Assembly: GCA_035647615.1 (NCBI GenBank)
Contig: DASRND010000008.1
Span: forward strand, 45,565-109,564
Length of the DNA: 64,000 nucleotides
Source: Bacteroidales bacterium
GTDB taxonomy: Bacteria; Bacteroidota; Bacteroidia; Bacteroidales; 4484-276
Reading direction: 5' to 3'
Shown: one piece after another, positions 18,136 to 28,033 of the stretch
How positions within the stretch are numbered: the first letter of the stretch is position 1
Layout: the number at the start of each line of letters is the position of its first letter
Made by a program: the position numbers and the translations under genes
Notes under the pieces: model-generated
Database searches by the model: none
Told to the model about the DNA's origin: nothing
The model's input: only the letters and a program-made list of their open reading frames with translations

Positions 18136-18434
18136 GGAACCATAACTCTGGGATTTTCATTTTTTAATAGCCCCATCCCCCACCCTTTCCTGACGCGGGG
18201 AAGGGAGCTCACTTTCGTAGCGTAAAACGGAAACCAAAACAGACTTCCATAGACTGGTGTTATTCACGGGGTGACTTTTTCTTCCGGCACCGGCGCATCT
18301 CCAGCTCCGTAGCCCAGCCATTCGTGGCTGGGAACCAAACGCAATCGCACAATTCTTTCTTGTAGAGCGTTTACGCCCATTTAGTATTCCAACGGATTAG
18401 TCGTGATGAAATCAGCACTACCCATAAGATTGTT

Positions 18435-18442
18435 TAATTTTG
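18435..18442 (+). promoter_or_regulatory. Candidate -7 box (TAATTTTG) for apbE
   Basis: It fits TAnnTTTG and lies 30 nt upstream of the ATG at 18472. No clear -33 element is present. Confidence 0.35.
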
Positions 18443-18471
18443 CAGCCATTGGTATTTTCTAATTTTATATT

Positions 18472-19485
18472 ATGAATAAATTCCCCATCATCATTCTTCT
18501 CTCCGGGCTTTTGCTATGCTTGCCAGCATGCCGGCCTGCCGAATCCCCAAAAAAAACACTTATCACCGGCGAGGCTCAGGGCACAACCTACAGAGTAATT
18601 TATTACGCCACCGACACGCCGGTGACCAAACCTGTGATAGATTCACTACTCGATGCTTTCAATCTTATTGCATCTATTTGGGAAGAAAATTCCATCATTT
18701 CGCGTATCAACAACAACGACAGCGCTGTGGAGGCTGGTGCCGACTTTATCAATATTTTTAAACAATCGCAGCGTATTTCCGAAGCAACCAACGGAGCTTT
18801 CGACATCACTGTGGGGCCATTAGTCAATGCCTGGGGATTTGGGTTTCGCGACAGAACAGAAATGGACGCACATGTGGTCGACAGCCTGCTGCCATTGGTG
18901 GGCTACCGTCAGGTGAAGCTGGCGGGTAATAAAATAGTAAAAGACAATCCTGATATTCAAATCGACTACAACGCCATTGCAAAAGGATATTCTGTCGATT
19001 GGCTGGGCGGTTTTCTTTCCGCCAACGGCATCAAAAATTATCTTGTAGAAATAGGCGGTGAGATAGTAACACGTGGCAGCAAGCCCGGCGGCGTGCCCTG
19101 GGTGGTGGGAATCGAAAAACCAGCGCCTGAAGCCGACGCACCACAAGTGCTCGAAGCCACTGTAACACTCATCAATCGCGCCCTGGCAACCTCGGGTAAC
19201 TACCGAAAATTCTATGAAAAAGGAGGAGTACGTTATTCGCACACCATCGATCCAGCCACCGGCTATCCCGTGCAACACCCGCTGCTCTCAGCAACTGTAA
19301 TTGCCGACAGCGCTGCCATTGCCGACGGCTACGCCACCGCTTTTATGGTGATGGGTCTCGAAAAAGCCCGTGCCTTTCTTTCGCAACATCCGGAGCTGGA
19401 AGCCTACTTTATCTATTCAGATGCCGACGGCAACTACCAAACCTGGGCCACCGAAAGGCTGCGAAATATCATCAACCAACAGTAG
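18472..19485 (+). CDS. apbE: FAD:protein FMN transferase (ApbE family lipoprotein)
   Basis: It has a lipobox (LLLCLPAC) and the ApbE motifs FDITVGPLVNAWGFG, AIAKGYSVD, LATSGNYRKF...YSHTIDPATGYP and ADGYATAFMVMG. Confidence 0.9.
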   Translation: MNKFPIIILLSGLLLCLPACRPAESPKKTLITGEAQGTTYRVIYYATDTPVTKPVIDSLLDAFNLIASIWEENSIISRINNNDSAVEAGADFINIFKQSQRISEATNGAFDITVGPLVNAWGFGFRDRTEMDAHVVDSLLPLVGYRQVKLAGNKIVKDNPDIQIDYNAIAKGYSVDWLGGFLSANGIKNYLVEIGGEIVTRGSKPGGVPWVVGIEKPAPEADAPQVLEATVTLINRALATSGNYRKFYEKGGVRYSHTIDPATGYPVQHPLLSATVIADSAAIADGYATAFMVMGLEKARAFLSQHPELEAYFIYSDADGNYQTWATERLRNIINQQ

Positions 19486-19509
19486 ATGAAACCTCTATTT
19501 TCCATCAAC

Positions 19510-19550
19510 AAAAAAGCCACTGCAACTGAATGCGGTGGCTTTTTTTATTT
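19510..19550. terminator. Bidirectional rho-independent terminator (apbE / rplI)
   Basis: In aaaaaagccactgcaactgaatgcggtggcttttttt, a 9-bp stem with one mismatch is flanked by an A-run and a T-run, between convergent genes. Confidence 0.8.
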
Positions 19551-19571
19551 TATCAAAAGGGTGAATCGTGA

Positions 19572-20018
19572 TTATTCAGCTACCACAGTAAATTTTACCT
19601 CGCCTTTGATGTCTTTGTAGAGATTTACTTTAGCGGTGTATTCGCCAAGTTCTTTAATCGCATCGCCATCAACGACGATCTTCCTACGGTCGACCTCAAA
19701 GCCTTTTTCGGCCAGGGCGTCGGCAATCTGGATGGCATTGACAGAGCCAAATATTTTACCGGAAGTTCCGGCTTTGGCGCCAATGGAGATGTTAACCTTT
19801 TCGAGCAGCTTGGCAGTAGTCTGAGCTTCGGTGCGCAGCTTCTCTTCTTTAAAAGATTTCTGGCGCTGCACTTCGGCAAGCACCTTTTTGTTGGTGGCAT
19901 TGGCCATAATAGCCATGCCTTTTGGAATCAGAAAATTACGGGCAAAACCATCTTTTACCTTTACGGTATCATTTTCGTAGCCCAGTTTCTCGATATCTTG
20001 TTTCAAAATTACTTCCAT
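19572..20018 (-). CDS. rplI: 50S ribosomal protein L9
   Basis: MEVILKQDIEKLGYENDTVKVKDGFARNFLIPKGMAI is the canonical L9 N-terminus. It is the last gene of the rpsF-rpsR-rplI operon. Confidence 0.95.
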   Translation of the reverse strand: MEVILKQDIEKLGYENDTVKVKDGFARNFLIPKGMAIMANATNKKVLAEVQRQKSFKEEKLRTEAQTTAKLLEKVNISIGAKAGTSGKIFGSVNAIQIADALAEKGFEVDRRKIVVDGDAIKELGEYTAKVNLYKDIKGEVKFTVVAE

Positions 20019-20029
20019 GGTTTTCCCTC

Positions 20030-20302
20030 CTATTTTAATAAGTCAGCAACATAAGGTAACAGCGAAAGGTGGCGGGCGCGTTTGATGGCCTGCGACACTT
20101 TCTTTTGAAATTTGTTGGATGTGCCCGTGATGCGGCGGGGCAGAATCTTGCCCTGCTCATTAACGAATTTCATTAAAAAATCAGCATCTTTATAGTCGAT
20201 GTATTTAATACCGGCTTTTTTGAAGCGGCAATATTTTTTCTTTTTTACATCTACTGCAATGGGAGTCAGGTATTTTATTTCTGAAGACGATTTTTGTGCC
20301 AT
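20030..20302 (-). CDS. rpsR: 30S ribosomal protein S18
   Basis: The S18 signature [51 protein letters not shown] is present. Confidence 0.95.
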   Translation of the reverse strand: MAQKSSSEIKYLTPIAVDVKKKKYCRFKKAGIKYIDYKDADFLMKFVNEQGKILPRRITGTSNKFQKKVSQAIKRARHLSLLPYVADLLK

Positions 20303-20331
20303 TGTTTTACGAATTTAAAGTTTCTAAATGA

Positions 20332-20694
20332 TTAATTTTCCTCAACGGGTTCAGCTACAGCCTCCTTGGCTTTCACGCGCTTTTTCTCGTTGTAGGCCAC
20401 AGCGTGCTTGTCGAGTTTGACGGTGAGAAATCGCATCACACGTTCGTCGCGTTTCAGCGCCAGCTCCAGTTCGCCGATCAGCTCACCTGCGGCTTTATAT
20501 TCGTAGAGATAATAAAAGCCGGTAGATTTTTTCTGGATAGGATACGCCAGTTTGCGCATGCCCCAGTTTTCCTCGTGAACCAGCTCAGCACCTTTGTTGG
20601 TCAGGTAGTCCTGATACTTCTTTACCGCTTCCTTCATCTGATCTTCAGACAAAACGGGAGTTAAAATGAAAACGGTTTCATACTGATTTAACAT
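20332..20694 (-). CDS. rpsF: 30S ribosomal protein S6
   Basis: [19 protein letters not shown]...[15 protein letters not shown] is the S6 pattern. Confidence 0.95.
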   Translation of the reverse strand: MLNQYETVFILTPVLSEDQMKEAVKKYQDYLTNKGAELVHEENWGMRKLAYPIQKKSTGFYYLYEYKAAGELIGELELALKRDERVMRFLTVKLDKHAVAYNEKKRVKAKEAVAEPVEEN

Positions 20695-20745
20695 CTTGTG
20701 TTTGTTTAGATTAAGTGTTTAAAAAAATTATTTTAAAAGTGGGCG

Positions 20746-20753
20746 CAAAGATA
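20746..20753 (-). promoter_or_regulatory. Candidate -7 box (TATCTTTG) for rpsF-rpsR-rplI
   Basis: The reverse complement of caaagata lies 52 nt upstream of the rpsF ATG. A TTTG lies about 23 nt further upstream. Confidence 0.5.
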
Positions 20754-20944
20754 GAAATTTATTTCTAACAGAAACGCAAAACCTTTCTCCATCATTTTTA
20801 AACACCTCCTCGAATTCATTCTGAAAGCAAACCAGCATCCACGAATTAAACGAATTAAGATAATTAACACGATGAAAAATTAGCGGCAATCCGCTTAATT
20901 GGCGGTAATTGGCGGATGGATTTACGGCAGTGTATCAAAATTTA

Positions 20945-20952
20945 TAACTTTG
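20945..20952 (+). promoter_or_regulatory. Candidate -7 box (TAACTTTG) for mnmE
   Basis: It fits TAnnTTTG and lies 34 nt upstream of the ATG at 20986. Confidence 0.4.
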
Positions 20953-20985
20953 CTCGATTAATACAAACCAACAACAACAATCGCC

Positions 20986-22368
20986 ATGGATACAAACGAT
21001 ACCATTTGCGCCCTTGCCACTCCCGCGGGAGTAGGTGCCATAGCCATGATCCGTCTGTCGGGGTCGGAATCTTTCAGCATCATCGATAGCGTTTTTGAAC
21101 CACGCAGCGGCGCTCCTGTAAGCTCGGCCGCCAGCCACACTTTGCATTTGGGCAACCTGAGTGGCAACGAGGGAATCATCGACGAAGTGCTGGTGAGTCT
21201 GTTCCGCCAGCCCCACTCCTACACCGGCGACGATGCCATCGAGATTTCGTGCCACGGCTCTCCTTACATCCAGCAAAAGATCATCGAACTGCTCATCAGC
21301 CGCGGCGCACGCATGGCCAACGCAGGCGAATTTACCATGCGTGCGTTTATCAACGGCAAATTTGATTTGGCACAAGCCGAGGCAGTAGCCGACCTGATAG
21401 CTTCCGGCTCTAAATTTGCGCACGACCTGGCATTGGACCAGATGCGCGGTGGCTTCTCCGACAAGATAAAACAACTGCGTCAGGAGCTGCTCGACTTTGC
21501 CTCGCTGATAGAACTGGAGCTTGATTTTGCAGAGGAAGACCTAGAGTTTGCCGATCGAACCAAAATTGGGAAAACCCTCGACGGACTTGAGGCTGAAATT
21601 AATATTCTACTCAAAAGTTTTAAAGTAGGCAATGTGTTGAAAAACGGGATACCGGTAGCCATCATCGGCAAACCCAACGTGGGCAAGTCAACGCTACTCA
21701 ACACCATCCTACAAGAAGAAAAAGCCATCGTGAGCGACATACCCGGTACCACCCGCGACAGCATCGAAGACACCATTATCATCGAGGGAGTTGCCTTTCG
21801 TTTTATCGACACCGCCGGACTGCGCCCCTCCATGGATGCCATCGAAAATATAGGGATTGAGCGTACGCTGCAACGTATCAAAGAAGCCAGCATCATCCTC
21901 TTCGTTTTCGATGCAGCCAGCACCGCCGAAGAAGTGCAGGAGGTGCTCGAAGAACATCGCCATCTGATCGAAGATCCTTCCAAGCGCATCATTCTGATCG
22001 GAAACAAAATAGACATGCTCATCGAGATGCCCAAAGGATTTAAAGACCTGGTAGAACTCGAAACTATCTTTATTTCGGCCAAGCGCAAAGAAAATATAAA
22101 TCTCATCTCCGATAGCCTGCTGCGATCGGTAAATACGCAGCAGTTTGCCGACACCACCATTGTGAGCAACGCCCGTCACTATGAAGCTTTAAGCAAATCG
22201 CTGCAAGCTATCGGCGACATACGCAAGGGATTCGACACCAACGTACCCTCCGACCTTGTAGCCATCGACATACGCAAAGCCCTGCATCATCTGGGAACCA
22301 TCACCGGGCAAATCACAACAGACGAGATTTTGGGTAATATCTTCGGGAAGTTTTGTATCGGAAAATAA
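20986..22368 (+). CDS. mnmE: tRNA modification GTPase MnmE (TrmE)
   Basis: The N-terminus is DTICALATPAGVGAIAMIRLSG. The G-domain has GKPNVGKSTLLN, DTAG and NKID. The C-terminal FCIGK motif is present. Confidence 0.97.
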   Translation: MDTNDTICALATPAGVGAIAMIRLSGSESFSIIDSVFEPRSGAPVSSAASHTLHLGNLSGNEGIIDEVLVSLFRQPHSYTGDDAIEISCHGSPYIQQKIIELLISRGARMANAGEFTMRAFINGKFDLAQAEAVADLIASGSKFAHDLALDQMRGGFSDKIKQLRQELLDFASLIELELDFAEEDLEFADRTKIGKTLDGLEAEINILLKSFKVGNVLKNGIPVAIIGKPNVGKSTLLNTILQEEKAIVSDIPGTTRDSIEDTIIIEGVAFRFIDTAGLRPSMDAIENIGIERTLQRIKEASIILFVFDAASTAEEVQEVLEEHRHLIEDPSKRIILIGNKIDMLIEMPKGFKDLVELETIFISAKRKENINLISDSLLRSVNTQQFADTTIVSNARHYEALSKSLQAIGDIRKGFDTNVPSDLVAIDIRKALHHLGTITGQITTDEILGNIFGKFCIGK

Positions 22369-22435
22369 CAACCGCGAAGCAATCAATTGAGACGTTATAG
22401 TTGAAAAGAATATTTGAGCGGTAATAAACAAGGCG

Positions 22436-22939
22436 ATGGAATTACAAAATATTCAAAACAAGATTCATGAAATACGTGGGCAAAAGGTAATGCTGGATTT
22501 TGACCTGGCAGAGCTTTATGAAGTAGAAACAAAGGTGCTGAATCAAGCAGTAAAAAGAAATCCTGACCGTTTCCCTGAAAGATTTATGTTTAGGTTGAGG
22601 CCTTTTGAGTGGGAGCGTATCCGGTCACAAATTGTGACCGCATCTGACCAGAGTAAAAGAAATGTTGCTGTAACTCCTTATGCTTTTACCGAACACGGTG
22701 TAACCATGCTTTCGAGTGTGCTGAGAAGCAAAAAAGCAATTGAAGTAAATATTGCCATCGTAGATGCTTTTATCGCGATTAAAGAATATGCGCTGAATTA
22801 TAAAGAACTTGCAATGCAACTGCGCGATTTGGAAGGGAGGTTTTCGGGCATAGCGCAAGCCATCGACTATTTGTTGCAAAAGGATCATCAGGATGTCGAG
22901 CAAAAACAACGGAAAAGAATTGGATACAAAACGGATTAA
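22436..22939 (+). CDS. ORF6N (KilA-N-related) domain protein
   Basis: IRGQKVMLDFDLAELYEVETKVLNQAVKRNPDRFPERFMFRL and YAFTEHGVTMLSSVL match the ORF6N pattern. Confidence 0.8.
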   Translation: MELQNIQNKIHEIRGQKVMLDFDLAELYEVETKVLNQAVKRNPDRFPERFMFRLRPFEWERIRSQIVTASDQSKRNVAVTPYAFTEHGVTMLSSVLRSKKAIEVNIAIVDAFIAIKEYALNYKELAMQLRDLEGRFSGIAQAIDYLLQKDHQDVEQKQRKRIGYKTD

Positions 22940-22948
22940 AACAAAAAA

Positions 22949-23203
22949 GTGGAACTTCAAACTATCCAAAACAAAATCTACGATTTACGAGGGCGAAAGG
23001 TGATGCTGGACTTTGAACTTGCAGCGCTTTACGGAGTAGAAAACAGAGCATTGAAGCAAACTTTTAAACGAAATATTGATCGTTTCCCGGATGATTTTAT
23101 GTTTCAGCTTAATAAAACCGAGTGGCAAGAGCTTATCACAACTTGTGATATGCTGCCGGAAGGTGCAAAATTTATCCCTTTTCAATCTAATCGGTGCTTT
23201 TAA
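22949..23203 (+). pseudogene. Truncated second ORF6N copy (84 codons, GTG start)
   Basis: The first roughly 60 aa parallel the upstream paralog ([54 protein letters not shown]). It lacks the conserved YAFTE.GV.ML half, has no ATG start, and ends 17 nt before the next gene. Confidence 0.5.
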
Positions 23204-23219
23204 CACAAAAAACAATTGC

Positions 23220-23894
23220 ATGCATTTTAATGCTTTATTCACTTTTCTTCAGGATCGCAAAAAGGCCCGATACCTCCTCATCCTGCTTTTGTCAGTCTTT
23301 CTTATTTTAACGTTTGTCGTTCTACTGCTCCCCACCACCTTTATCGACCTGTGGTTTTCGGAAGCGATACAAAAAAACAATCATCCTACCCTCGACTTTT
23401 TGATGAAGGCAATCAGTTGGTTTGGTACAGCGCCTGTGACTGCCACGATGGTTTTTGGAATTGCGCTGATCTTCGCCATCAACGGCCGACGGCGGGAGGC
23501 TATGTTTACCATTGCTACTTTGCTGGCATCGGCTGTTACGCTTGGGATAAAAATTCTGATCGACCGCCCCCGCCCTACCGAAGACCTTGTAAAAATTGTT
23601 GAAGATGCGCAGTTCCAGAGTTTCCCCAGCGGCCACACCTCTTTTTACGTTGTCTTTTTTGGTTTTATGATTTTCCTGTTGATACGCAATCAGCATTTTG
23701 TGCGATGGCTGCGCAACACATTGATTGCCGCCGCGCTGGTATTAATATTTTCTGTTCCATTCTCCCGTATTTATCTGGGCGCACACTGGTTTACGGATGT
23801 GACCGCAGGTTTCGTACTGGGCATCCTTATGCTGTGGATGCTTATCAGCGCGTTCCTCTACGAACCGAAATCGAAACCTGCCAATAATCCATAA
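23220..23894 (+). CDS. PAP2 family phosphatase (membrane)
   Basis: The PAP2 motifs KILIDRPRP, PSGHTS and SRIYLGAHWFTDV are present in a multi-TM protein. I prefer the ATG at 23220, because the longer listed ORF overlaps the ORF6N remnant. Confidence 0.85.
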   Translation: MHFNALFTFLQDRKKARYLLILLLSVFLILTFVVLLLPTTFIDLWFSEAIQKNNHPTLDFLMKAISWFGTAPVTATMVFGIALIFAINGRRREAMFTIATLLASAVTLGIKILIDRPRPTEDLVKIVEDAQFQSFPSGHTSFYVVFFGFMIFLLIRNQHFVRWLRNTLIAAALVLIFSVPFSRIYLGAHWFTDVTAGFVLGILMLWMLISAFLYEPKSKPANNP

Positions 23895-24007
23895 AGCGTG
23901 TTTCTTTTTGCTGTAATATTGATTTTTACAACACATCCCAAAACCAATAAAACATAGCTCCACACGCATCCCGACTTGCGGTAGGATTTGGCTATGGCCG
24001 AAATATG

Positions 24008-24015
24008 TATTTTTG
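24008..24015 (+). promoter_or_regulatory. Candidate -7 box (TATTTTTG) for the FAD/Fe-S oxidoreductase gene
   Basis: It fits TAnnTTTG and lies 22 nt upstream of the ATG at 24037. It overlaps the TTG start at 24013 used by the ORF track, which argues for the ATG at 24037. Confidence 0.4.
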
Positions 24016-24036
24016 AAGTCTAAATTGAAATGTAAG

Positions 24037-27027
24037 ATGGATAAGACCACATTGCGCCGATCGCTCAAAAAACTAAAAGCTACACTCGATGGAGACATTT
24101 TTCTCGACAACGCCACCCGTATCCAATATGCTACGGATGCTTCGGCCTACCGGGAGCTGCCATTGGCAGTGATTCGTCCGCGCAACAAATCCGATTTACG
24201 TAAGATCATACTCTTTGCCGGCCAGCACAAAGCTCCGCTTATTCCTCGTGGCGCCGGCACCTCACTGGCCGGGCAGGTGGTGGGCAATGGCATTGTGGTA
24301 GATATTAGCCGCTACATGAATAGCATCATCGAGGTAAATGCAGCCGAACGATGGGTGCGCGTGGAACCCGGTGTGGTTCTCGACGAGCTCAACCTGGAAA
24401 TGAAACCCTACGGTCTTTTTTTCGGACCAGAAACCTCCACAGCCAACCGCTGCGTAATGGGCGGCATGGTGGGCAACAACTCCTGCGGCGCCCACTCGCT
24501 ACTCTACGGAAGCACCCGCGACCACACCCTCGAACTCGAGGTTATCCTAAGTGACGGAAGCAGTGCCACCTTTGGAGAAATTGATGAAGATACTTTTCAA
24601 ATAAAACGCACTGGCAACAGCCTTGAAAGTGCATTGTACCGTCAGATTGCTGAAATACTTGGCGACGAAGAAAACCGCAAAGAGATCGTTCAACAGTTCC
24701 CTGATCCGGCCATCGAACGTCGAAACAACGGATACGCCCTCGACCTGTTACTTGATAGCCAACCCTTTGTCACCAACGGTAAACCATTCAACTTTTGCCG
24801 GCTGCTGGCCGGATCGGAGGGGACGCTGGCTTTTATCACCTCAATAAAGCTCAACCTTGTTCCGCTGCCACCCAAAGTTAAAGGATTGGTGTGCGTTCAC
24901 TTTGAAACTCTCGAGGATGCCTTTCAGGCCAACCTCATCGCATTGCGCCACCAGCCCGGCGCCATCGAACTCATGGATGAGGTGATATTAAAACAAACCA
25001 AAGACAACATCGCGCAAAGCAAAAACCGTTTCTTCGTGCAGGGCGATCCTGCTGCCATCCTCATCATCGAATTTGCACGCGAGAGTCAACAGGAAATTAT
25101 GGACATCGCCGACAGCATGGAAGCCGAAATGCGGGCTGCCGGCTACGGTTATCATTTTCCACGCGTTTTCGGAACCGACATCAGCCGTGTTTGGGATTTG
25201 CGCAAAGCCGGACTTGGTCTTCTTTCCAACATACCGGGCGACGCCAAACCCGTTTCGCTGGTCGAAGACACAGCGGTGCATCCAGCCGTTTTGCCGGCAT
25301 ATATCGCTGAGTTTAAAAAAATCATGCAAAAGCATAATCTACAAGCTGTTTATCATGCGCACATCGCCACCGGCGAGTTACACCTTCGTCCGGTGCTCGA
25401 TCTGAAAAAACCAGAAGATGTCGAGCTTTTTTATACTATAGCGCTGGAAACAGCACACCTGGTAAAAAAATACCGCGGCTCCCTTAGCGGAGAACATGGC
25501 GATGGAAGGCTGCGTGGCGAGTTTATCCCACTGATGGTGGGAAAGCATAATTACGAGCTGATGCGTCAGATAAAAAAACTGTGGGATCCCGACGGCATAT
25601 TCAATCCGGGTAAAATCATCGACACACCCTCTATGCGCACCGCGCTTCGTTATGAGCCGGGAAAACCTACACGTGAACTCAAAACCATCTTCGACTTTTC
25701 ACATGACCAGGGCATGATGCGGGCGGTGGAAAAATGCAATGGCTCCGGCGACTGCCGAAAGAGCGAAATCATTGGCGGGGTGATGTGCCCCAGCTACATG
25801 GCCACCCGCGACGAAAACACCACCACACGCGCTCGCGCTAACACCCTGCGGGAGTTTCTTACCAACTCACCCAAGAAAAATCCTTTCGATCATCAGGAAA
25901 TTTATGATGTGATGGATTTGTGCCTCTCCTGCAAAGGCTGCAAGTCAGAGTGCCCGTCGAGTGTGGATATTGCACGTTATAAAGCCGAGTTTCTGCAACA
26001 TTATTACGATCAGCATGGCATTCCGTTTCGCACCAGAGCCATCGCTTACATCGCTCAGCTCAACAAGCTGGGAATGTTATTTCCAAAAATCACCAACTAT
26101 TTCTTTACCCAACCGGCAGTTTCAAGCTTGTTAAAACAAATGCTTGGTTTTGCGCCAAAACGTAGCATCCCTTTGCTTTACGGAATAACGCTGCGCAAAT
26201 GGGCGCGTTACAATTTGCCACGGCTCAACCAGCTTGCCGATTACAAAGGTGAGGTATGTTTATTTGTAGATGAATTTACAGAATACAACGACACGCTCAC
26301 AGGCATCAAAGCGGCTGAATTGCTTGCCGCGATGGGCTATCGCGTTAACGTTGTTCCGCATCGCTCCAGCGGACGAACATTTCTGTCGAAAGGCCTGGTG
26401 CGCCAGGCGCGCAAGCTGGCCATCCATAATGTAAAAGCCCTTTCGGGGATTATTAATGATAAAATGCCTTTGGTGGGTATCGAACCTTCGGGCATTCTTA
26501 CCTTCCGCGACGAGTATCCCGACCTGGTGGGCAAAGAGCTCAAAGCCGATGCACAGAAACTGGCTCTCAATGCCCTGATGTTTGATGAATTTGTGGAGCG
26601 GGAGATCGATGCCGGCAACATTGATAAATCCTTGTTCACTACCGACAAGAAGCTTATAAAACTACACGGGCATTGTCATCAAAAATCACTGGCATCCACT
26701 GCGCCAACCAAAGTGATGCTTTCTCTGCCCGAAAACTACGAAGTAGAAGAGATCAAATCGGGCTGCTGTGGCATGGCCGGCTCCTTTGGTTATGAAAAAG
26801 AACATTACGATGTTTCGATGAAGGTAGGAGAATTGGTTTTGTTTCCTGCCGTTCGAAGCACCCCTGCGGAGGTGATCATTGCTGCGCCGGGAACGTCATG
26901 CCGCCATCAGATCAAAGATGGAACGGGACGCACGGCTTATCACCCGATAGATATTTTGTGGGAGGCTTTGCGCGATAAAAAACCCGGAAAACAAACGCAC
27001 CTAAAAAAACGAGAAGCCGCCGGATAG
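24037..27027 (+). CDS. FAD-binding and (Fe-S)-binding fused oxidoreductase (YdiJ-like; GlcD-type dehydrogenase fused to GlcF-type CCG domains)
   Basis: It is about 996 aa. It has an FAD_binding_4 region (PRGAGTSLAGQVVG), a 4Fe-4S motif CLSCKGCKSECP, and a C-terminal cysteine-rich GCCGMAGSFGYE. The length and architecture resemble E. coli YdiJ. Confidence 0.85.
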   Translation: MDKTTLRRSLKKLKATLDGDIFLDNATRIQYATDASAYRELPLAVIRPRNKSDLRKIILFAGQHKAPLIPRGAGTSLAGQVVGNGIVVDISRYMNSIIEVNAAERWVRVEPGVVLDELNLEMKPYGLFFGPETSTANRCVMGGMVGNNSCGAHSLLYGSTRDHTLELEVILSDGSSATFGEIDEDTFQIKRTGNSLESALYRQIAEILGDEENRKEIVQQFPDPAIERRNNGYALDLLLDSQPFVTNGKPFNFCRLLAGSEGTLAFITSIKLNLVPLPPKVKGLVCVHFETLEDAFQANLIALRHQPGAIELMDEVILKQTKDNIAQSKNRFFVQGDPAAILIIEFARESQQEIMDIADSMEAEMRAAGYGYHFPRVFGTDISRVWDLRKAGLGLLSNIPGDAKPVSLVEDTAVHPAVLPAYIAEFKKIMQKHNLQAVYHAHIATGELHLRPVLDLKKPEDVELFYTIALETAHLVKKYRGSLSGEHGDGRLRGEFIPLMVGKHNYELMRQIKKLWDPDGIFNPGKIIDTPSMRTALRYEPGKPTRELKTIFDFSHDQGMMRAVEKCNGSGDCRKSEIIGGVMCPSYMATRDENTTTRARANTLREFLTNSPKKNPFDHQEIYDVMDLCLSCKGCKSECPSSVDIARYKAEFLQHYYDQHGIPFRTRAIAYIAQLNKLGMLFPKITNYFFTQPAVSSLLKQMLGFAPKRSIPLLYGITLRKWARYNLPRLNQLADYKGEVCLFVDEFTEYNDTLTGIKAAELLAAMGYRVNVVPHRSSGRTFLSKGLVRQARKLAIHNVKALSGIINDKMPLVGIEPSGILTFRDEYPDLVGKELKADAQKLALNALMFDEFVEREIDAGNIDKSLFTTDKKLIKLHGHCHQKSLASTAPTKVMLSLPENYEVEEIKSGCCGMAGSFGYEKEHYDVSMKVGELVLFPAVRSTPAEVIIAAPGTSCRHQIKDGTGRTAYHPIDILWEALRDKKPGKQTHLKKREAAG

Positions 27028-27199
27028 AAGAAAAAAAACCTTGTCTAAAAAAACAACTCCCCGCGCAAGGCAGGGAGTCGGCAAGTAGTGTGAATAATTT
27101 ATTTTAGTTAAACTTACGTTAACATTACTACAAACGCTTCGTCCCCGCTATTATTTTAATTGATGGAATAAAGGTTTTTAAAACGAAAACAAAGGAATC

Positions 27200-27673
27200 A
27201 TGGATTCAGAAATAAGATTCAGACCTGCCCTGGCAAACGACAAAGAAACCATCATCGAATTTCAGTTGCTGATGGCCATAGAAACAGAACAGTTGGCACT
27301 CGATCGCCAAAAACTTCAACGAGGTGTAACTGCCATCTTCGACCACCCGCATCGCGGAAAATATTACGTGGTAACCAATGCAGAAAAAGTTATTGGCTGC
27401 CTGCTCATCACCTACGAATGGAGCGACTGGCGAAATGCCATGGTGTGGTGGCTTCAGTCGGTGTATGTATTGCCTGAATATCGCCGGCAGGGAATTTTCA
27501 GATTGATGTATCAAAAAATTAGGGAGCAGGTGATGCAACTGCCCGATGTTTCAGGAATCCGTTTATATATGCACCACTCCAACGGCCGTGCAGCTAGTGT
27601 TTACAAAGCCATGGGCATGGATGGCGAAAATTACAAAATGTTTGAGTGGATAAAACCTGATCTTCCCTATTGA
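27200..27673 (+). CDS. GNAT family N-acetyltransferase
   Basis: The acetyl-CoA binding core is VYVLPEYRRQGIFRLMYQKI, with a downstream NGRAASVYKAMGM. Confidence 0.85.
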   Translation: MDSEIRFRPALANDKETIIEFQLLMAIETEQLALDRQKLQRGVTAIFDHPHRGKYYVVTNAEKVIGCLLITYEWSDWRNAMVWWLQSVYVLPEYRRQGIFRLMYQKIREQVMQLPDVSGIRLYMHHSNGRAASVYKAMGMDGENYKMFEWIKPDLPY

Positions 27674-28033
27674 TTCTGTCGTGTTACTTTATTTGCCAAC
27701 TGGACAACTACACAACCTATGTTAGGTTTAGGCTGGTTTCGACTACGCTCAACCACCGCCTGAGCTGCATCTATTTTTGCAGGCTTTACCTGCTTTATTA
27801 ATCCAATTGCTTTAAAAAAAAGCAGACAGAAGGTGCGCCAGTGATATTTTGAAATCTATATCGACAACCCGCCAACTTCTTCACCTTAACCAACAATATT
27901 TCATTAGAATTTTGATTATTGAAGGTGTCGCTCCTACAGAGCTTTGGGGCAATCATTTGTACCTTAGTTCTACCATAATGTCCCTCCTACGGAACTTTGA
28001 CAACATGATAATCTGATAAATTGACAACCTCCT

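Noticed and set aside
18136-18471. RNase P RNA, 6S RNA or a riboswitch in the long gap upstream of apbE
   Set aside because: I could not find the universally conserved RNase P P4 sequences (GAGGAAAGUCC / ACAGAAnnCGGCUUA) or any riboswitch core that I recognise on either strand. It is kept only as an unexplained structured gap.
27731-27760. tmRNA-like 5-prime sequence (ggctggtttcgac resembles GGGGCUGAUUCGGUUUCGAC)
   Set aside because: There is no tRNA-like 3-prime end (GGTTCGAATCC...CCA) or tag-reading frame within 400 nt. The same motif is part of the R2 repeat family found at 16940-17020 and 37055-37105.
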